The notes under the pieces were generated by a model, which saw nothing but the letters and a program-made list of their open reading frames with translations, did no database searches and was not told the origin of the DNA. The position numbers and the translations under genes are program-made. DNA of 64,000 nt from Nitrospirota bacterium (GTDB taxonomy: Bacteria > Nitrospirota > Thermodesulfovibrionia > Thermodesulfovibrionales > UBA9159). Positions 55,222 through 64,000 of the stretch are shown in pieces (the first letter of the stretch is position 1; every line of letters starts with the position of its first letter). Location of the stretch: contig CAVOUE010000007.1 in the NCBI GenBank assembly GCA_963699545.1, forward strand, positions 32,001-96,000, written 5' to 3'.

Positions 55222-56757
55222 TTAATGCGCCCCCGGCGGCATCGTTCCCGCCGCCTTCGGTCTTCTCATGATCAGTACCAGAGGCAGCACCAGCACCATG
55301 AGCACGCTCAAGACATGAAACGCGTCATTAAATGAGATCATGGAAGCCTCCCTGAGAAGTTTACCATAGATTATTCCCAGGGTTCCCTGGTCTGCAACTC
55401 CCGGACTCAGTCCCTTGTATTGGAGGATGTGGGACGTCTGGCTTGTAACCAGCTGGTAGTGGGTATCAAAGGGCGTAAGATGGTCCACCAGGTGATGCTG
55501 GTGGACCTGCGCTCTTCGTGTCAGCACCGTCGTCACAAAGGCAACGCCGAAGCTCCCGCCGAGGTTCCTCAGGAGATTATAGATGGCCGAGGCGTTTCCC
55601 ATATCTTCCTTCTTTATCTCTGCCATGGTCAGAGTCGTGAGAGGGATGAAGAGGAACCCCATACCGATGCCAAGAACGATCCGCGGCCAGATCACGGTAT
55701 CGAAATCAGCGAGGAGGTTGAACTTCGACATGAGATACGTCGAATACGAAGAAACGATTATCCCGAAGGCGAGCAGGCCCTTCGGGTTTACCTTTGTCAC
55801 AAGCTTTCCCGCAATGGGCATCGCCACAAGGGTTGCAACGCCGCCGGGCCCAAGCACCATGCCCGACAGGGTCGCATTGTACCCCATGAGGGTCTGGAGA
55901 TAAATGGGCAGGAGGACAATGCTGCCGAAGAGGTTGAAAAAGGCAAAGAACATCACGAGATTTCCGGTGCTGAATGTCCGGTTCCTGAATGTCTTCATGT
56001 TCACAATCGGGTGTTCCGCAAAGAACTCAACGATCACGAAGAGGAGCAAGGACAATGCAGAGATAGCGGTGAGCCACGTGATGAAGCCTGAAGAGAACCA
56101 GTCTTCCCTTTCTCCCTTGTCCAGGACGATCTGGAGGCACCCCAGTCCGATGGCGAGAAAGGCGAGCCCCCAGTAATCGATCCTCATCTTCATCCGTCTC
56201 ATGTACGGCGGGTCAACGATAAAGAACAGGCACATCAGGATCGAGACAACCCCTATGGGGATATTGATGAAAAATATCCAGTGCCATGACCAGTTGTCGG
56301 TGATCCAGCCGCCGAGAAGGGGCCCGACGATGGGTCCGAACATAATGCCAACGCCGAATATCGCCATGGCCATGCCGTGCTGCCGGGGAGGGAATGTTTC
56401 GAGGAGAATGGATTGTGAGATCGGCTGAAGCGCCCCACCCCCGATGCCCTGAAGGATCCTGAATACAATGAGACTTTGGAGGTTCCAGGCGGAACCGCAG
56501 AGCAATGAACTCAGGGTGAAAAGGGATATGGAAAAGATCATATACCGTTTCCTCCCGAAGAGCCTGCTGAGCCATCCGGTCATGGGGATGATGATGGCGT
56601 TGGAGACCAGATACGAGGTGATCGCCCAGGTGGATTCGTCGATACCGGCAGACAGGCTGCCCCGTATGTGATCGAGAGCGACGTTCACGACCGATATGTC
56701 GATGATCTCGATGAGGGTGGGGAGCATGACCGTGAGGGAGATAATCCATTTATTCAT
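55222..56757 (-). CDS. DHA2 family MFS efflux permease (EmrB-like)
   Basis: EIIDISVVNVAL; LQGIGGG; GPIVGPLLGGWI; WIFFINIPIG. Confidence 0.93.
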   Translation of the reverse strand: MNKWIISLTVMLPTLIEIIDISVVNVALDHIRGSLSAGIDESTWAITSYLVSNAIIIPMTGWLSRLFGRKRYMIFSISLFTLSSLLCGSAWNLQSLIVFRILQGIGGGALQPISQSILLETFPPRQHGMAMAIFGVGIMFGPIVGPLLGGWITDNWSWHWIFFINIPIGVVSILMCLFFIVDPPYMRRMKMRIDYWGLAFLAIGLGCLQIVLDKGEREDWFSSGFITWLTAISALSLLLFVIVEFFAEHPIVNMKTFRNRTFSTGNLVMFFAFFNLFGSIVLLPIYLQTLMGYNATLSGMVLGPGGVATLVAMPIAGKLVTKVNPKGLLAFGIIVSSYSTYLMSKFNLLADFDTVIWPRIVLGIGMGFLFIPLTTLTMAEIKKEDMGNASAIYNLLRNLGGSFGVAFVTTVLTRRAQVHQHHLVDHLTPFDTHYQLVTSQTSHILQYKGLSPGVADQGTLGIIYGKLLREASMISFNDAFHVLSVLMVLVLPLVLIMRRPKAAGTMPPGAH

Positions 56758-56856
56758 AATGAAGGCATTTGCGCTACGAGTGCTCTGGCGTTCGGGCGGC
56801 CAAGGGTCTTAGTGAAAAAATACGACGATACCTCACTCCGTTCGCCCCTGACCCTC

Positions 56857-57953
56857 TTAATCCTTCACAAGTATCGTCGGCTCCACAGACATGCCGACCC
56901 TGAGGATGTGATCCGGGTCTGTCCCCTTATCCAGGACTATTTTGACCGGTACCCTCTGCACCACCTTCACGTAGTTGCCCGTGGCGTTCTCAGGGGGAAG
57001 AGGGAGAACGTGGAACCCGTTCCCGCCATGATGCTGTCGACCTTCCCACGGAATTTCTTTCCGGGATACGAATCCACCTTGATCTCCACTTTCTGACCCG
57101 TTCTCACTTTTTCCAACTGCGTTTCCTTGTAGTTTGCGGCCAGCCATACGTCGTCCAGAGGAACCACCGCCATAAGCGCCTGACCCGCCTGTATCTGGTT
57201 ACCCACCTCAACTGACTTTTTCGTCACGTACCCGTCTGATGGAGCATAGAGCTTCGTATATCCGTAATTAAGCTCGGCGGTCCTGAGCACCGTCTTCTTC
57301 TGCGCTGCGGAAGAGACCCGGGAGGTCCTCGCCGCTTCCGCCTGCCGCACCAATGCCTTTTGCGTCTCAAGAGCGGTCTCTGCCTGCTTCAACTGCTCAC
57401 CAGCTGTCTTCACCTGTGCACGGCTGACATTATAACCGGTCATGGTTTTTTCGTATCTCTCTTTGGAAAGGGCATCGTACCGGTAAAGGTTCTCCGCTCT
57501 TTTCCTGTCCATCTCGGCCTGCCCGAGGTTCACTTCCTGGAGCTCCAGGTTCGCCTTTGCCGCTTCCACCGCAGCCTTTGCCTCGGACACCCGCCTGCGT
57601 GAGGCCTCCACCCGGGCCTCGTTCTCTCCGATCTTCGCCGTCTCTGCATTCAGTCCTGAGGCTGCTTCGTTCACCTTCGCATCGTAATCCGCGGGGTCAA
57701 TCTCCAAGAGAAGGTCTCCCTTTTTCACGGGCTGATTGTCTTTCACATGCACCGCCTTCACTGTCCCGTAGACCTTTGATGCAATGACATGGATGCGGCC
57801 TTCCACAAAGGCATCATCGGTGCTGATATGGGTGTTCTTGTACTGGATATAGAAAAGAACAGCAACAGCCCCTATCACCGCAAGGACCGCAAACACCCCC
57901 AAGGCTATGAAATTTCTCCGATGGTTATTGACAGGCTGTTTTATCTCCTCCAT
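56857..57953 (-). CDS. EmrA/HlyD periplasmic adaptor (frameshift near 56995)
   Basis: STDDAFV; ANYKETQL; PPENATGNYVKVVQRVPV in second frame. Confidence 0.92.
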
Positions 57954-59270
57954 CTATCTATACACCTCCGCCAGATCTCTCCCCATTGCATAGAATACCG
58001 CTGACTCGGCCCTCCTGAAATCGTAGAGGGAGCGGTAATAGTTCGTCTCGGCCACGGTCAGAAGGGTAACCGCATCGAGCACCTCAGTGGCGGTACCGAC
58101 CCCTTCTTCGTACCGCACCCTGTTGATCCTGAGGTTTTCCTCTGCCTGGCCTACCGCGTCTTTTGCAACGTTGATCCTCTCCTGAGCGTTCTTCAGGTCC
58201 AGGATATTCCGTTCCACCTCGAGCCTGATCTCATCCCCCAGTCTTGCCCTCTGTTCCTGCAACTGGATCTTCTGATGTTCCGTCTTTAACACCTCGGCCT
58301 GTGTGCTCCCGCCGCTGAAAAGGTTCATAGTCATCCCCAGGACCAGCGAAGCATTCCCCGCATGGAGCATATACCTGTTTTCCGTGTAGTCATAAGAAGC
58401 GCCTGCAAAAAACCTGGGATAGAATTCGGATTTTCTCGACTTCTCTTCCAGATTCAGGGACCTCATGGTCTCGTCAACGATCCTCATCTCCGGCCTTTCG
58501 CTGAGCGCTGCTTCCCAGGCCTTTTCCCTGTCCGGAAGCAGGTAATCGGAGGGAGATTCCTGAATATCCAGGACCTCGACATCCGAGCTCAACGGCCGGG
58601 AAAGCACTGTGTTGAGACGGGACGCATTGATCGCGCGGAGGTTCTTCGCATTCAGAAGCCTCTGCCGGGCGTCCGCAAGCCTCACTTCCGCCTGGAGCAG
58701 GTCATTCCTGGTGATGACCCCGTTTTCAAAGAGGGTCTTCGCGTCATGGAGATGGGAAGAAACACTTTCCACCTCTTTTTGAGCAACCAGGACCAGCTTT
58801 CCGGCCTCCAGGAGATCAAAATAGACGAGAGCAAAATCGATCGAGATCTGATTTCTGACACGGAGCGTGTCCAACTTCTTTGTCTCGAGGATCGCCTTGC
58901 TCGCCTTGTATCGCGATGCGCTGCCCTCGAAATCATAGAGAAGCTGCTGGATACTCAAACTGTAAGAAGCAAACCCTTTTTCGGATGTGGGAACAGACTG
59001 CTGGCCGAACAGGGCGATAGGCTGATGGGAAAGGAACGTCTGGCTTGCCGACGCATTCAGATTGGGGAGCAATGGTGACCTCGCGATGAGAGTGTCCGCC
59101 TCCGACATCCTCTCCCCCTGCTGCGTGATCTTTATCATCCTGTTATTTTCAGCGGCCAGTTTCAATCCATGGGAGAGCGTCAACACCTCAGCATGGACGC
59201 TCCCCGCATGTGTGGAAAAGAATAGAAGCATCGTGCCTAGCCCTACGAAAATGATCTGCCTTCTTTTCAT
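57954..59270 (-). CDS. TolC family outer membrane efflux protein
   Basis: Signal peptide; two OEP-like repeats; RYEEGVGT..VLDA. Confidence 0.9.
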   Translation of the reverse strand: MKRRQIIFVGLGTMLLFFSTHAGSVHAEVLTLSHGLKLAAENNRMIKITQQGERMSEADTLIARSPLLPNLNASASQTFLSHQPIALFGQQSVPTSEKGFASYSLSIQQLLYDFEGSASRYKASKAILETKKLDTLRVRNQISIDFALVYFDLLEAGKLVLVAQKEVESVSSHLHDAKTLFENGVITRNDLLQAEVRLADARQRLLNAKNLRAINASRLNTVLSRPLSSDVEVLDIQESPSDYLLPDREKAWEAALSERPEMRIVDETMRSLNLEEKSRKSEFYPRFFAGASYDYTENRYMLHAGNASLVLGMTMNLFSGGSTQAEVLKTEHQKIQLQEQRARLGDEIRLEVERNILDLKNAQERINVAKDAVGQAEENLRINRVRYEEGVGTATEVLDAVTLLTVAETNYYRSLYDFRRAESAVFYAMGRDLAEVYR

Positions 59271-59869
59271 TTCGCTGTCCCCTCAATGAATAGTTTGACG
59301 AATTCCCTCACCATCCTGTCGGTATCAACGGACCTGTACCGTTTCCCCATCATGAGTTCCTGAACACTAAAATAAGAAAAAAACATCCCAAGAAAAGCCC
59401 GCGCCCCCGACTCGGCATTGAATTCCTTCAGGACCCTCTTTTTCTGCATTGCACTGAAGTATGATGCAAGGACCCTGATTATCCCGTCAATGAAGGCATG
59501 ATAGACCTTATGTATCTTACGGGGGTACCGGTGCATTTCCGAATGCATTATCTGTATCATGTTTTTCCTTGCGGCGAGGGTTTCGAGGAATCTTACTGCT
59601 ATCATTGTTAAGGCATCCATGTACGTCATCTCTGCAATCTCCGGGAGAAGTCCCTTCAGCGCGGGCAGGAATGAATAATGCTTGATCACCTCTTCAAAGA
59701 GCTTTCCCTTGGAAGAAAAGTGCCTGAAAAGGGTGAGCTCTGCAACGTCGGCCTTGAGGGCTATCTCCTTTGTCGTTGCCCCGAGATAACCCTTCTCCGA
59801 AAAGGCTTTCAAGCCGGCCTCCAGTATCCTGTCTCTCGTCCCGCGTGCCTTCATAATGTTAGTGGTCAC
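59267..59869 (-). CDS. TetR/AcrR family regulator (start possibly ATG at 59854)
   Basis: RILEAGLKAFSEKGY..TTKEIA...TLFRHFSSK HTH. Confidence 0.93.
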   Translation of the reverse strand: MTTNIMKARGTRDRILEAGLKAFSEKGYLGATTKEIALKADVAELTLFRHFSSKGKLFEEVIKHYSFLPALKGLLPEIAEMTYMDALTMIAVRFLETLAARKNMIQIMHSEMHRYPRKIHKVYHAFIDGIIRVLASYFSAMQKKRVLKEFNAESGARAFLGMFFSYFSVQELMMGKRYRSVDTDRMVREFVKLFIEGTAK

Positions 59870-59871
59870 TT

Positions 59872-59901
59872 ACATTACATGGACACGTCCATGAATGTCA
59901 A
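59872..59901 (-). promoter_or_regulatory. Promoter with palindromic operator in the spacer (probable TetR site)
   Basis: TTGACA-18 nt-TAATGT; spacer contains CATGGAC-AC-GTCCATG (59878-59893). Confidence 0.75.
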
Positions 59902-59951
59902 GTGCCCCTGGGACCACGTCCATTGCGCATCGCTCCCGTGGACCACAACGC

Positions 59952-60731
59952 TTACCTTTCTTTCCCCTTCGCTTCGTTCCATAAGGCATCCATTTCCTCA
60001 AGGGACATTCCTGAAAGGCTTTTTCCCGATTCCGCAGACTTCATCTCTATATAGCGGAACCGGGAGATGAACTTGCTGATGGTCTTCCGCAGAGCGTCCT
60101 CAGGGTTCACCCCCACAAAGCGGGAGATGTTCACGAGGACAAAAAAGACATCACCCAGTTCATCCTCTATCCCCTGCTGGTCCTTCTTTTCGAGCGCATC
60201 CCTGAACTCCTTCAGCTCCTCATCCAGTTTTTCGACCACATCTTCCACGCGTTCCCAGTCGAACCCCACCCGCGATGCCCTGGTCTGGATGCGGTGCGCC
60301 TTCAAAAGGGAAGGAAGCTCCCTGGGAACGCCTTCAAGTATGGATTCCCTGCCTTTTCCTTCTTCCTTTTTACGCTCCTCCCATTGCTTCATCACGTCTT
60401 CGGGGGTTTCATACGTCGCGTCTCCGAAGACATGGGGATGCCGTCCGATCATTTTCTCAGAAATCTTCCGGACCACGTCATTGACGTCAAACTCTCGCCG
60501 CTCCTTTGCAAGCTGGCAATGAAATATGATCTGAAAGAGCAGGTCACCCAGTTCTTCCCTGATCTTTTCAGGGTTCCCTTCGTCTATGGCCTCAAGGACC
60601 TCGTAGGTCTCTTCCACCAGAAAGGGTTTGAGGGATTCCCTTGTCTGTTCCCTGTCCCATGGACAGCCTTTTTCTCCCCTCAGCACGGTCATGATACCTA
60701 CCAGTTTTTCGAATTCGCTCTCCGGCATCAT
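59952..60731 (-). CDS. mazG: Nucleoside triphosphate pyrophosphohydrolase MazG
   Basis: GCPWDREQT; EELGDLL; RHPHVF; GFDW; LWNEAK. Confidence 0.95.
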   Translation of the reverse strand: MMPESEFEKLVGIMTVLRGEKGCPWDREQTRESLKPFLVEETYEVLEAIDEGNPEKIREELGDLLFQIIFHCQLAKERREFDVNDVVRKISEKMIGRHPHVFGDATYETPEDVMKQWEERKKEEGKGRESILEGVPRELPSLLKAHRIQTRASRVGFDWERVEDVVEKLDEELKEFRDALEKKDQQGIEDELGDVFFVLVNISRFVGVNPEDALRKTISKFISRFRYIEMKSAESGKSLSGMSLEEMDALWNEAKGKER

Positions 60732-60803
60732 CGAAGTATATAATAGGGAGAGAACAAAGGTAAATAAAGCAGAGTCTTATGATCGAGAACGGCTGAGTAC
60801 AGA

Positions 60804-61933
60804 ATGATTAACTCCCTCTATATCCACATCCCCTTCTGCGTGAAAAAATGCATCTACTGCGATTTCTTCTCTGTCCCTTATGATGAAGCCCTTGTCCTGA
60901 GATATGTCACCGCAGTGGTTCATGAACTTGAGATCAGGAAAGACCTGGCAGGCGAATTAAGGACGGTCTACATCGGCGGCGGCACGCCGACCACCGTGCC
61001 GACCTTATCACTGATACGGTTGCTCCGAAAGATAAAAGACTCCTTCGCGTTATCTGCCGATGCTGAAATTACGATCGAGGCGAATCCCGGGACTGTTGAT
61101 CTGGCGAGAGTCCGCGCCCTGGCTGGCTCCGGGGTGAAACGATTCAGTGTCGGTGTCCAGTCCTTTCACGACAAAGAATTGAAGCTCCTTGGGAGGATAC
61201 ATACTTTCGAGGACGTGATAAAGGCCATCGCAGCACTGCGGCGCGCGGACTTCCGGAATATCTCTATTGACCTCATCTACGGCATCCCGGGGCAGACCAT
61301 GGAGGCCTGGTTACAGACGCTCGGAATGGCCGTGGAATTATCGCCTGAACATATCTCGGCATATGAACTCACTCCGGAGAAGGGTACGCCGTTGTACGAA
61401 TTAATCGCTCAGGGGAAGCTCAACAAACCCGATGAGGAGAACCATCGTCGAAATGTATTATCACACCATAGACAGACTGGCGAAAGCCGGATACAGGCAC
61501 TATGAGATATCGAACTTCGCAAAGACCGGTTTTGAATGCAGGCATAACCTGAATTACTGGGACAGGGGGCAGTATCTCGGCATCGGCGCCGGCGCCCACA
61601 GTTTCATCGGAGAACAAAAGAATCGGGAACGTGAGCGATATCGACAGGTATATCGCGTTATTAAAGAAAGGCGAACCTGCCGTTGAGAAAAGTGTGGAGA
61701 TCTCCTGTGAGGAAGCGCAGAAAGAATTCATCTTCCTCGGGCTCAGGAAGACTGATGGAGTGAATATCAGGCAATTCAGAGAAGACCTGGGCATCGACAT
61801 TGTCGGAGCTGCCCATGAACTGATACATCAAGCGCTCCTTGAAGTCGAAGGAGAGCACCTCCGTCTCACGAGAAAAGGGATCATTGTATCCAATACGGTG
61901 ATTACGGAGTTATTTCAAAAGTTAGCGCTGTAA
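60804..61933 (+). CDS. hemW: Radical SAM heme chaperone HemW (two frameshifts)
   Basis: YIHIPFCVKKCIYCDF; GGGTP; YEISNFA; HNLNYW. Confidence 0.9.
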
Positions 61934-61964
61934 TAGAGGGCCCTCCAAGACAAAAACCAAACGC

Positions 61965-63220
61965 TCACTCTTCGATATAATTAAGGTCCTTGTGGAATGT
62001 CTCCTCCAGGTTATAGAGGGCGTAGAGGGAAATGGCAAGACATATCATGCCGACGACTGCAGCACCCTGGATAATTCCGAGATGCTCCTTTGCGAGCTGG
62101 AAAGAAAAGGTGATGGGGATGACCATGCCACGGATGAAATTCGGGACGGTGGATGCGACAGTGGACCTTAAGTTCGTGCCGAACTGCTCGGCCGCTATGG
62201 TGATGAATACCGCCCAATATCCCACAGCAAAACCGATCGCCGCGCAATACGCATAAAACAAGGCCGGGCTCACCTGACGAAGCATGAAATAGCCGGCTAT
62301 CACGACACCGGACAGGACCTGGAAAAGCAGGACTATCTTCTTCCTGCTTCCAAAGAACTGGCTCAGGAAGCCGCTCACAAAATCGCCGAATACAAGCCCA
62401 AGATAGCAGAACATGACCGCCTCGCCGGCATTGACAGGCCCTGAAACAGCGAGGGCCTTCGCAAATTCAGGCGAGAAGGTGATGAGTATCCCGACGGCAA
62501 ACCATATGGGAAGGCCGATCAGGATCGATTTCATATACTTGAAGAAATTGGTCCGCTTCGTAAAAAGACTGAAGAAGTCACCTTTGCTTACCTCCCTGGA
62601 TTCCATCTCTTTATACATCCCGGACTCAAATACGCCTACCCTCATGATAAGAAGCGCCAGCCCGAGCCCCCCTCCGATGAAATACGCTATCCGCCAGTCG
62701 AAATGCTGTGCGATGAAATTGGCCAGTATCGCGCCCAGTAACTCCGACGGAAGCGACAATCATCGTGCCGTACCCCCGCACGTTCTTCGGAAGGTTTTCG
62801 AGGACGAGGGTAACTCCCGCACCGAGTTCACCGGCGAGTCCTATCCCCGCAATGAATCGCCACAGGGCATATCCGCCGATGGAATTGACGAAACCGTTGG
62901 CGATATTCGCTAGCGGAATAAAGAAATATGGAGCCGAACAGTATCTTCACCCTTCCTTTTTTATCGCCGAGGACGCCCCAGAGAATGCCTCCTAGGAGCA
63001 TGCCGCCCATCTGCATGTTCAACAGGAAAACCCCCCGGTCAAGAAGGTCCTTCCCCTGAAGTCCCATGGCTTTGAGGCTCGGTATCCGAACAATGCTGAA
63101 GAGGATGAGGTCGTAAATATCGACGAAATATCCCAGCGAGGCGACGATCACCGGAATGGTGAGCATCTCTTTTATCGAAACGCGGGAAGAACTTGGACAG
63201 GCAGCTTCTGTCTTTTCCAT
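61965..63220 (-). CDS. MFS transporter (frameshifted near 62760-62920)
   Basis: LGYFVDIYDL; GVLGDKKGR motif A; AAEQFGTNLRST. Confidence 0.85.
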
Positions 63221-63372
63221 ATGGATTTTGATTCTAGAATATTAACGGTTTAAATAACAATGTGTTATCACTACTGAGGACCGTCTGAGGTATCACTTAT
63301 CGCCGCGGACTATTGTAAATTTTCAGAAAGGGGTCATGGCACAAATGCGGCTTGCAGCGTGCCCTTGCCTTA

Positions 63373-64000
63373 CTACGCCACTTCCAGAAACGCACACTTG
63401 AGATACTCCGTCTCCGGCATGGAGAGCAGGACAGGATGGTCCTTAGCCTGGGAGCGCATCTCGATGAGCCTTACCGGCCTGCCCGCATCCCTGGCCGCCG
63501 ACCGCAGCATCTCCACGAACATCTCCCTGTCGATATGGTAGGAACATGATGACGTGGCCAGGAGTCCGCCCTTTTTCAGAAGGCCCATTGCATGCGCGTT
63601 GATCACCCTGTAAGCCTTCAGCGCCTCCTTCACTCTGGTCCTCGATTTCACGAATGCGGGCGGGTCGAGAACGATGAAGTCATAGACGCTTCCGCGGGAA
63701 ACCTCATCCTTCAGAAACGTAAAGACGTCGCCCGGCCTGAAGACGCACCGTTCTGAAAGACCGTTCAGCCCGGCATTCCTCCGCGCCAGTGCGATCGCAT
63801 TTTCAGATTCATCAATGCCGGTCACGTCTGCGCCCTTATGTCCAAGATGGAGACTCCAAGCTCCGGCGTAACAGAAGAGATCAAGCCCCTTCCCTCCCTT
63901 CACAAGACGGCTGAAAGCAACCCTGTTCTCCCTCTGGTCGAGGAAGAACCCGGTCTTCTGCCCGGACAAGGGGTCTGTTTCGAAGAGAAGGGAAGACTCC
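63373..64000 (-). CDS. rlmI: RlmI-like SAM-dependent rRNA m5C methyltransferase, 3' part
   Basis: GQKTGFFLDQRENR; LDLFCYAG; VLDPPAF; DHP...YLK. Confidence 0.85.
   Translation of the reverse strand, partial: ESSLLFETDPLSGQKTGFFLDQRENRVAFSRLVKGGKGLDLFCYAGAWSLHLGHKGADVTGIDESENAIALARRNAGLNGLSERCVFRPGDVFTFLKDEVSRGSVYDFIVLDPPAFVKSRTRVKEALKAYRVINAHAMGLLKKGGLLATSSCSYHIDREMFVEMLRSAARDAGRPVRLIEMRSQAKDHPVLLSMPETEYLKCAFLEVA

Noticed and set aside
56760-56856. Weak 7/8-mer periodicity and GGGTC/GACCC pairing between emrA and emrB
   Set aside because: Too degenerate to support.

Overview
A 64 kb bacterial chromosomal segment, mostly core genes. Gene order and protein style suggest an anaerobic Nitrospirota (Thermodesulfovibrionia-like) organism; this is inference, not a database result. 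Core blocks: accC-accB-efp-pepP-aroQ-roadblock-TPR; coaBC-rpoZ-gmk-remA-yicC; rplU-rpmA-obg-proB; clpC, ndk and mdh; icd with a probable Re-citrate synthase; fabG-acpP-fabF-rnc; acpS-pdxJ; GH57-ftsB-eno; lpdA-gcvH; mutS; tRNA-Gly(CCC); a TetR-TolC-EmrA-EmrB efflux operon; mazG, hemW, an MFS transporter and rlmI. About 18 genes, several essential, are split by single-base indels, which points to sequence error rather than real pseudogenes. Accessory parts: (i) an AT-richer GT2 / ATP-grasp / CapK-like / AsnB cassette (12.2-17.8 kb); (ii) a ~10.8 kb signalling island (32.0-42.8 kb); (iii) a DsrE-like gene divergent from a 12-heme cytochrome built from three tetraheme modules. The most unusual structure is a four-helix-bundle (IVP/Avd-like) gene sitting between a kinase and its receiver. 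It is bracketed by inverted arrays of 7-nt repeats (TCAGCnn / nnGCTGA), and related ORF-less heptamer arrays occur at other gene junctions. No CRISPR array, rRNA, integrase or transposase was seen.
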